NCBI GenBank assembly: GCA_963730185.1
Contig: CAVSQW010000008.1
Location: 224,001-288,000 of the forward strand
Reading direction: 5' to 3'
DNA from: an uncultured Gemmatimonadales bacterium
GTDB taxonomy: Bacteria; Gemmatimonadota; Gemmatimonadetes; Gemmatimonadales; GWC2-71-9
Length of the DNA stretch: 64,000 nt
Position 1 is the first letter of the stretch. Each line of letters opens with the position of its first letter. Shown here in pieces: positions 57,505-64,000 of the stretch. The position numbers and the translations under genes were made by a program. The notes below the pieces were generated by a model. The model had not been told where the DNA came from. It did not search any database and saw only the letters and a list, made by a program, of their open reading frames with translations.

Positions 57505-57511
57505 CGGGGCG

Positions 57512-59866
57512 CTACTCCCCTCGGGTGGATGGACGGGTGGTCGGGAGAAACACGGAGAAGCGGGCCCCGCCCGTCGGGCCGCTCGAGTGGCCGATCGTGC
57601 CGCCCATGGCCTCGATCAGACCACGGGCGGTCGGCAGGCCGAGCCCGAGCCCGCCGGTGAGTAGGCCGCTCTTGGTGGTGAAAAACGGCTCGAAGATGCG
57701 CTCGCCCAAGCCCAGGTCCACCCCGGGGCCGTCGTCTTCGACGTCGAGCGCCACGCCGCCCGCTGCCTCATGGGCCGAGATCCGGATCGTGCCGCCGTTG
57801 GGCGAGGCTTCGATGGCGTTCTGGAGCAGGTTGAGGAGGACCGGGCGGACCATTGCCTCCGACTGCTGGACCGCCAGCGAATCCAACCCGCTCAGTCTGA
57901 CGTCGAGCCGCTGCTCGGCCAGGCTCCGCTCGAGGAGCGTCAGGACGTCTTCCAGAACCGCGCCCAGCTCCACCCGGCCCACCGTTGCCGGCGCGGGGCG
58001 ATAGAGGTCGAACATCTGGCGGACGATCGCGGCGATCCGGTCGATCTCCCGCTCGATCCGGGCCACGTAGTGGAAGTGCGGGTGGGTCGGCGAGACGGCC
58101 GACTTCACCAGCTGGAAGGCGTTGCGGATGCCGCCGAGCGGGTTGTTGATCTCGTGCGCGACCCGGGCGGCCATCCGGCCGGTGGCCGCGAGCTTCTCGC
58201 TCTCCTGCAACCGCCGGCTGGTTCGGCGGATCTCGGTGACGTCGGTCGCCACCAGCAGTACGTAGGCCGGCTGGCCGTCGGGCCCGGCGATCGGCCGTTT
58301 CGTGGCGCTCATGGTGCGGGGCCCGGCGGGGGTGTCGATCGTCTGCTCCGGCAGGACCAACGGTTCGTCCGTGGCCAGCACCCGCTGATCCTCGGCCAGC
58401 CGGCGCCCGCACTCCTCCGGGTCGGGACAAAGGGCGCGGTAGGACCGACCTTCGAGGTCGGCCGCGGTCGCCCCGCGGGCGGCGGCCTGCGCCGCATTGA
58501 TCAGGACGATCCGTCCTTCGACGTCGGTGACGAGGATGAAGCTGGGGTTGGCGTCGATCAGCTGGCGGAGGAAGATCTCGGTGGTGCGCCGTTGTTGGAC
58601 CTCGCCGTGGAGCCGCCGATTGGCGGCTTCCAGCTCGGTCGTTCGAACCCGGACCAGCTCCTCCAGCGAATGGTGGGACCGGGCCAGCTCGTCCTCCGCG
58701 GCGCGCCGGGCGGTGACGTCGCCGATGAACCCGCCGACCATCCGAGGGCGGCCGTCCGGTCCGGGAATGGGGAAACCGCGCACCGAGAGCCAGGTCGTGG
58801 CCCCCGACTCCCGGGCCAGCCGGAGCTCGACGGTGGCGGCCGCGCCCTCGCGGAGCGTCGCCACCCAGGTGTCCAGGGCGGGGCGATCGTCGGCGGTCAC
58901 CGCGGCGCGGAACCCCTCGGGCCAGGCCCCGAAGTCGACCGGAGTGCCGGTGATTCGCTCCCAGGCCTCGCTGAGGAAGAGGATCCGGTTCAGGTCGGGC
59001 GATGCCATGAACAGCGCCTGGTCGGCGTGCTCGGCGAAGGCCCGAAACCGCGCCTCGGTGGCCCGGAGCTGCTCCAGCGCCTCGACCTCCGGGGAGATGT
59101 CGGTGAACATCCCGAGGGCGCCCGCGAACGAGCCGTCGAGGCTGGGCAGCGGATTGGCGGCGATCCGGCAGTGGATCCGGTTGCCGGACCGTGCCAGCAG
59201 GCTCAGGTCGTATTCCTCCGAGCGTCCTTCCCGCCGGCGTCTGGTATGCTCCTCGAAGACTGCCCGGTCTTCGGACGCCACCAGCTCCGCGAAGGGACGG
59301 CCGATGAGCTCGGTGATCTGATACCCCACCATGCGGGCGAACCGGCGATTGGCGAAGGTGAATCGAAAGTCCGGACTCACGGTCACGACGCCCTCGCGGG
59401 CGGTTTCGAGCAGCCGCCGGTACTCGATCTCGGTCTCGCGGAGGGTGGCCTCGACCGCCATCCGGTCGCTGACGTCGACCGTGACCCCCGCGATCAGCTC
59501 GGGCACCCCGACCGGGTCGCGCTCCAGCACGGCGCTCGTGGTATGGAGCCAACGCCAGCGGCCGTCGGCGTGGCGGACCCGATAGGTATGGTGCCAGTGG
59601 AGTGCGTCGACCGAAGACACCGGGCGGCGAAGGCCCCGTTCGATCGGAGGCCAATCCTCGGGATGGACGATCTCCCGGGCAAAGGCGAGCCCCCCGGCAA
59701 GAAAGCGCTCGCTGGGATAGCCGAGGATCGGCCGGGTGGCGCTGCTGACGAACCGGTAGCCCCAGCGCGGCACGTCGACGACTGCGGTGATCGCGGGGAG
59801 GAGGTCCGCGAGGCCGTTGGGGTCGAGCAGGCGATTGGGGAGCTCGTCTTGATCGGTTGCGGCCAT
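57512..59866 (-). CDS. Multi-PAS cytoplasmic sensor histidine kinase
   Basis: About four PAS/PAC units; AHEINNPLG, NLLQNA, DDGPG, EPFFTTK, GLGL; no TM helix. Confidence 0.92.
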   Translation of the reverse strand: MAATDQDELPNRLLDPNGLADLLPAITAVVDVPRWGYRFVSSATRPILGYPSERFLAGGLAFAREIVHPEDWPPIERGLRRPVSSVDALHWHHTYRVRHADGRWRWLHTTSAVLERDPVGVPELIAGVTVDVSDRMAVEATLRETEIEYRRLLETAREGVVTVSPDFRFTFANRRFARMVGYQITELIGRPFAELVASEDRAVFEEHTRRRREGRSEEYDLSLLARSGNRIHCRIAANPLPSLDGSFAGALGMFTDISPEVEALEQLRATEARFRAFAEHADQALFMASPDLNRILFLSEAWERITGTPVDFGAWPEGFRAAVTADDRPALDTWVATLREGAAATVELRLARESGATTWLSVRGFPIPGPDGRPRMVGGFIGDVTARRAAEDELARSHHSLEELVRVRTTELEAANRRLHGEVQQRRTTEIFLRQLIDANPSFILVTDVEGRIVLINAAQAAARGATAADLEGRSYRALCPDPEECGRRLAEDQRVLATDEPLVLPEQTIDTPAGPRTMSATKRPIAGPDGQPAYVLLVATDVTEIRRTSRRLQESEKLAATGRMAARVAHEINNPLGGIRNAFQLVKSAVSPTHPHFHYVARIEREIDRIAAIVRQMFDLYRPAPATVGRVELGAVLEDVLTLLERSLAEQRLDVRLSGLDSLAVQQSEAMVRPVLLNLLQNAIEASPNGGTIRISAHEAAGGVALDVEDDGPGVDLGLGERIFEPFFTTKSGLLTGGLGLGLPTARGLIEAMGGTIGHSSGPTGGARFSVFLPTTRPSTRGE

Positions 59867-59887
59867 GGGTGGGTCTCCGATCGAGCT

Positions 59888-59923
59888 GGCTAGGGACAAA
59901 TGGCCCTAGCCAATTGCATGCAA
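59888..59923. promoter_or_regulatory. Inverted repeat plus palindrome upstream of the kinase cluster
   Basis: ggctaggg-N8-ccctagcc (59888-59911) and ttgcatgcaa (59914-59923). Confidence 0.5.
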
Positions 59924-60033
59924 ATATGTACTCCGATGGCGCTGGGATCAAGCCGACCCGGGTTGGCGCCCCGGGTGCCATAGTCCGGTGCGTCGAGCCA
60001 CGGTTAGGCCGCGCCGGCGGGGTTCCGGCGGTT

Positions 60034-60393
60034 TCAGGCCTCGGCGGGCCGGGAGGGCAGCGAGTGGTCGGCGACGACCAACTCGAAATGGTCGGTGTGG
60101 AGGTCCTTCCGGACCAGGAAGGCCTCGTCCTCGGGGTAGAAGCGGGCCCGGCCGGGGTCGTCACCGGCGAAGCGGCGGACGGCCTCCATCGATTCCCAGA
60201 GCGACAGGGTGAGGAATTCCGTTTCGGGGCCGGCCTCCCTCCGGAAGAGGAGGAAGCCGCGGTTGCCCGGGGTTCGCCGGGACTCCGCCATGCCGGTATC
60301 GGCGACGTACCGCTCGTAGCGGTCCGCGTCGGTGGCGCTGGTCACGCCGTGCCAGGTGCGGGCGATCAGCCCCCGGTCGGGGCCCTCAGCCAC
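60034..60393 (-). CDS. ABM-like (antibiotic biosynthesis monooxygenase fold) small protein
   Basis: IARTWHG..TPGNRG..EFLTLSLWESMEAVRRFAG..ARFYPED; GTG start overlaps the DinB stop. Confidence 0.85.
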   Translation of the reverse strand: MAEGPDRGLIARTWHGVTSATDADRYERYVADTGMAESRRTPGNRGFLLFRREAGPETEFLTLSLWESMEAVRRFAGDDPGRARFYPEDEAFLVRKDLHTDHFELVVADHSLPSRPAEA

Positions 60394-60868
60394 GGAGCGC
60401 CCGCTTGAGCAGGCCGATCTGACCGGCGTGGTAGGCGTCGTGCTGGAGAATGCCCATCGCGGCCTGCCAGCCGGTGTCCGGCGTGGCGACGCCGGGGCGG
60501 GTGTCGCGGGTGAGTTGGTCGAGGCCCTCGTCGCCCAGCCGCCGAACCTCGGCGAGCAGCTCCCGGTGGGCCTCCTCGAGTGCCGCGCGAACCTCACGCC
60601 AGCCGCCCTCCCGGTCGGACGGCACCGCGGGCCAGTCTCCCTGGGACGGTGAACCCGCCGACTGGCCCCGGAGCCGGGCGGCAACCTCTCGCTTCCATCC
60701 GGCCAGGTGGAGTGCCAGCTCGAAGATGCTGTGAGCCGCCCCGATCGGGCGGGCCGCAGCCTCGGCGGCCGTGACGTCGGCGACGAGCGTCTTCAGGGGG
60801 CGGTCGTGCCAGGGCTCGCCGTCATAGGCTCTGGTCAACTGATCGATGAGGCGGTCGGTGGCGGTCAT
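60386..60868 (-). CDS. DinB/YfiT family protein
   Basis: HSIFELALHL; QHDAYHAGQI. Confidence 0.9.
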   Translation of the reverse strand: MTATDRLIDQLTRAYDGEPWHDRPLKTLVADVTAAEAAARPIGAAHSIFELALHLAGWKREVAARLRGQSAGSPSQGDWPAVPSDREGGWREVRAALEEAHRELLAEVRRLGDEGLDQLTRDTRPGVATPDTGWQAAMGILQHDAYHAGQIGLLKRALRG

Positions 60869-60884
60869 GGTCCCCTGTCGCGTA

Positions 60885-60912
60885 TTACCATTAAAACCTA
60901 ATATACTGGTAA
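60885..60912. promoter_or_regulatory. Candidate operator TTACCA-N16-TGGTAA between the divergent dinB-family and CGNR genes
   Basis: Perfect 6-bp inverted arms around an AT-rich spacer in an 88-bp divergent gap. Confidence 0.65.
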
Positions 60913-60956
60913 GAGTCGTCTCTCGCCACCCAAACCGGATCCGCTATGATTCGAGG

Positions 60957-61565
60957 ATGACAGTCTCCCGCTTTCGGTTCGTCGGTGGCCAGTTGGTCGC
61001 CGACTTCGTCAACACCGTCGACTGGGGCGAGCCCGGCGTGCCGTTCGAAAGCGAGCGGCTGGCTGCGCCGGAGGGGTGGCGCGCGTGGCTCGAGGCGGCG
61101 GGGGTGGTGAGCGTCGCCGGGGCGCGCCGTCTGGTGGTGGAGGGACGCTCGGCCGAGCGGGCCCTCAAGCAGGTGCATGCGACCCGAGCGCTGATGCACC
61201 GGATCCTGACCGCGCTGGGCCGGGGGCGGGTGTTGGCCCCGGATGACCGCGCGGCGTTGGCCCGGCTGGCGGCGGGGGCGGCGAGCCGGCGGCGGTTGGA
61301 GGTCAGGGCGTCGGGCGCCGAATGGCGGTGGGAGCCGGACCCTGGTCGGCCGGAACGCTGGCTCCATCCAGTTGTGTGGGATGCGGCCGATCTGCTTGCC
61401 GGCCCGGATCGGGCCCGAATCCGGGTGTGCGACGGACCCCGGTGCGGTTGGGTGTTCGTGGACCGGAGCCGGAACGGTCGCCGGCGCTGGTGCGCGATGG
61501 ATCTGTGCGGTAGCCGCGCCAAGGCCCGGGCCTACTACGCCCGGACCCGGCGGGGGAACCGTTAG
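60957..61565 (+). CDS. ABATE/CGNR zinc-finger transcriptional regulator
   Basis: DFVNT; C-x4-C..FVDRSRNGRRRWC.M..CGSRAK. Confidence 0.92.
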   Translation: MTVSRFRFVGGQLVADFVNTVDWGEPGVPFESERLAAPEGWRAWLEAAGVVSVAGARRLVVEGRSAERALKQVHATRALMHRILTALGRGRVLAPDDRAALARLAAGAASRRRLEVRASGAEWRWEPDPGRPERWLHPVVWDAADLLAGPDRARIRVCDGPRCGWVFVDRSRNGRRRWCAMDLCGSRAKARAYYARTRRGNR

Positions 61566-61568
61566 TGG

Positions 61569-63998
61569 CTACTCGCGCCGGACCGCGGCGAGGGGCTCGA
61601 TCCGGGTCGCCCGGAGGCCCGGTCCCAGGGTGGCGACCAGGGCGACCGCGGCGAGCAGGAGCGGAACCGTCACGAAGGTGATCGGATCGGTCGCCGAGAC
61701 GCCCCAGAGCATCGCGGTCATGAGCCGGCCCAGGGCGAGCGCGCCGAGCAGGCCCGCGGCGGCCCCGCCGAGGGCGACTGCCACCCCGCGTCCGACGACC
61801 AGGCGCAGGACCTCCCGCCGCCCAGCACCGAGGGCCATCCGGATCCCGATTTCGCGAGTGCGGCGGGCCACCGCATGGCTCATCACGCCGTAGATGCCGA
61901 CCGCGGCGAGGACCACGGCCACGGCGGCGAAGGTCGCCAGCAACACCAGGTAGAACCGCGGCTCCGCGTTGGCCTGGCCCACCACCTCCTCGAGGCTCCG
62001 AACACTGGAGACGGGCACCCCGCGATCGATCGACGCCAGCACCTGGCGCACGGTCGCCTCCACGCCGTCGGGCGGGGAGGGGGAGCGGACCACCAGTGAC
62101 ACGAAGGAGAAGGCCGGGCCGCCGCCCGTGAGATAGAGGTCGGTCTGGAGCAGGGGGAGATAGACCGCCGGGCGGATGGGCGAGGCCCAGTCGCCCTGCA
62201 CCTCGTCGTGACTCACCCCCACGACGGTACGCCAATGATCGGCCGAGCCGCCGACGGCCAGCCGTTTGCCGATCGGGCTCTCGCCCGGCCATTCGCGCTC
62301 GGCCAGAGTCCGGTTCACGATGACCACGCCGGGTGTGTCGGCCTGGTCGGCCCAGGCCACGTCGCGGCCCTCGACCACGGGCAGTCGCATGGTCGCGAAA
62401 TAGCCGGGGAGCACCGCCCGGAACACCGCCGTCGACTCGTTGCCGGGCGCGGCGTCGGGCCGGCCCTCGATCCGATAGGGGAAGCCCCAGACGTCTCCGG
62501 CGATCGGCAGATGGTTGATGCCGCCGACCGCGTCGACGCCCGGCGCCTGACCCAGGCGGTCCAGGAGCTCGCGGTAGAACGTGGCCCGTCGTCCCGGCTG
62601 GCCCGACTCGGTGCCGGCCACGGAGACGATCATGCCGGTCACCCCGCGGGGGTCGAAGCCGGGGTCGATGGCCCGGAGCGCGGCGAAGGTCCGGATGGCG
62701 AGCCCGGCGCCGATCAGGAGGATCACCGCCAGGGCGAACTCCGAGGCGACCAGCAGGTCCTGGGTCCGATGGTGGCGGGCGGTCCCCGTGCCGGCCCGGC
62801 TGGCGCCCGCCTTGAGGGTCTCGGACACTCCCACGTCGGCGGTGGTCAGGGCGGGAAGGAGGCCGAAGCCGAGCCCCGTGAGGAGCGACATTGCCACCGT
62901 GAAGAGCAAGACCGGTCCGTCGAGGGTAACCCCCGCCAGGCGGGGGATCGACGCCGGCCCGAGCCCGATCAGAAGGCGGACCGCCCCGGCGGCGAGGAGC
63001 AGCCCGACGGCGCCGCCCAGCCCGGCCAGCAGCGCGCTCTCGGTAAGCAGCTGCCGGACCAGGCGGCCCCGACTCGCCCCCAGTGCGCTGCGGACGGCCA
63101 GCTCCTGCCGGCGGGCGGCCGCCCGGGCCAGCAGGAGGTGGGCGACGTTGGCGCAGGCGATCAGGAGAACGAATCCCACGGCCGCGGCCAGGATCCAGAG
63201 CGCCGGCCGGACGCCGCTCACGACCCGGTCGGTCAGTCCCACCACTCGCACATCGCGATTGGTGCCGGGGTAGGCGGCCTCCAGCCGTCGGGTGATCGTG
63301 GTGATCTCCGCCTGGGCCCGCTCGAGCGAGACCCCGGGGGCGAGCCGGGCGAACGCGCGGAGACTGTTGCCCCCGCGATCCGTCGCCCTGGGCGCCAGGG
63401 GGAGCGGTGTCCAGATCTCGGTGCCGGTGGCCCAGAAGGGCGGGAAGCGGAAGTCGGGCCCCATGACCCCGACCACGGTGTACGGTACCCCGTCCAGCTG
63501 AACGGTTCGCCCCACGATCTCAGGGGCGGCGCCGAAGTTCCGGACCCAGAGTGAGTGGGCCAGGATGACCTCGTGCTCCCGGCCGGGCTCGCCTTCGTCC
63601 GCCCGGAACAGCCGGCCGAGGGCGGGCCGGACGCCGAGCAGGCCGAAGAGATCGGCCGTAACCCGGAGCCCCGAGACCCGCTCCGGCCGTTCCGCGCCCG
63701 CCAGGGTGGCCGCCCAGAGCTCGGCCGCCCCGACGCCCGAGAACGAGGTCGCCTCGCGACGCCAGTCGAGGAGGTTGGCGGCGCTCACCGGGTCGGTCCC
63801 ATGATGCAGCACCACCGCCAGGCGCTCGGGCTGGTCGTAGGGGAGGGGGCGCAGCAGAACCGCGTCGACGACGCTGAAGATGGCGGTGTTGGCGCCGATG
63901 CCGAGCCCGAGGGCGATGACTGCCAGGACGGTGAAGCCGGGGCTCCGGCGGATCAGACGAAGGCTCAGGCGGACGTCGTCGACCAGGCCGGGGAGCCG
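61569..63998 (-). CDS. ADOP-type duplicated ABC permease (5' end beyond the window)
   Basis: Frame is open to the window edge: SPGFT..ALGLGIGANTAIFSVVDAVLLRPLPY; LLIACANVA; RTREIGIRMALGA. Confidence 0.93.
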   Translation of the reverse strand, partial: RLPGLVDDVRLSLRLIRRSPGFTVLAVIALGLGIGANTAIFSVVDAVLLRPLPYDQPERLAVVLHHGTDPVSAANLLDWRREATSFSGVGAAELWAATLAGAERPERVSGLRVTADLFGLLGVRPALGRLFRADEGEPGREHEVILAHSLWVRNFGAAPEIVGRTVQLDGVPYTVVGVMGPDFRFPPFWATGTEIWTPLPLAPRATDRGGNSLRAFARLAPGVSLERAQAEITTITRRLEAAYPGTNRDVRVVGLTDRVVSGVRPALWILAAAVGFVLLIACANVAHLLLARAAARRQELAVRSALGASRGRLVRQLLTESALLAGLGGAVGLLLAAGAVRLLIGLGPASIPRLAGVTLDGPVLLFTVAMSLLTGLGFGLLPALTTADVGVSETLKAGASRAGTGTARHHRTQDLLVASEFALAVILLIGAGLAIRTFAALRAIDPGFDPRGVTGMIVSVAGTESGQPGRRATFYRELLDRLGQAPGVDAVGGINHLPIAGDVWGFPYRIEGRPDAAPGNESTAVFRAVLPGYFATMRLPVVEGRDVAWADQADTPGVVIVNRTLAEREWPGESPIGKRLAVGGSADHWRTVVGVSHDEVQGDWASPIRPAVYLPLLQTDLYLTGGGPAFSFVSLVVRSPSPPDGVEATVRQVLASIDRGVPVSSVRSLEEVVGQANAEPRFYLVLLATFAAVAVVLAAVGIYGVMSHAVARRTREIGIRMALGAGRREVLRLVVGRGVAVALGGAAAGLLGALALGRLMTAMLWGVSATDPITFVTVPLLLAAVALVATLGPGLRATRIEPLAAVRRE

Positions 63999-64000
63999 GG

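Noticed and set aside
79..63804. Numerous long antisense or alternate-frame ORFs (e.g. 12237-15140, 12430-14742, 17797-20352, 53383-55593, 57768-60164)
   Set aside because: R/P/G/A-rich shadow ORFs expected at ~70% GC, overlapping genes with clear family motifs

Overview
High-GC (~70%) bacterial chromosomal window, densely coding. Gene types (ADOP-type duplicated permease, many exported serine hydrolases, Tat-exported Gfo/Idh/MocA + DUF1080) suggest Gemmatimonadota or Acidobacteriota; this is an inference. I saw no rRNA, tRNA or CRISPR array. One complete IS481-family element is present (25-bp imperfect inverted repeats, 6-bp CCTAGC target duplication). The best candidate for an undescribed system is at 10.1-15.1 kb: a membrane anti-sigma-like protein that has lost the zinc ligands, a lipoprotein TPR-CHAT (caspase-like) protease with intact His/Cys, an unknown 245-aa protein and a small membrane protein. 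ECF-type promoter motifs lie in front of two of these genes, and an orphan ECF sigma factor lies 10 kb downstream. Other highlights: a Cyc2-like cytochrome-porin with a partner cytochrome c and a structured leader; an atypical Rho with a degenerate RNA-binding site and an RG-rich insertion; a nuclease-less HTH+AP2 protein with a 14-bp AT-rich motif repeated 18 kb away; an LmtA-like methyltransferase/PAP2 pair; a four-gene phosphorelay with degenerate receivers; and a clean operator candidate in front of a CGNR regulator. Two genes (pirin and one di-haem peroxidase) carry +1 frameshifts. All family assignments come from motif recognition by eye, not from database searches.
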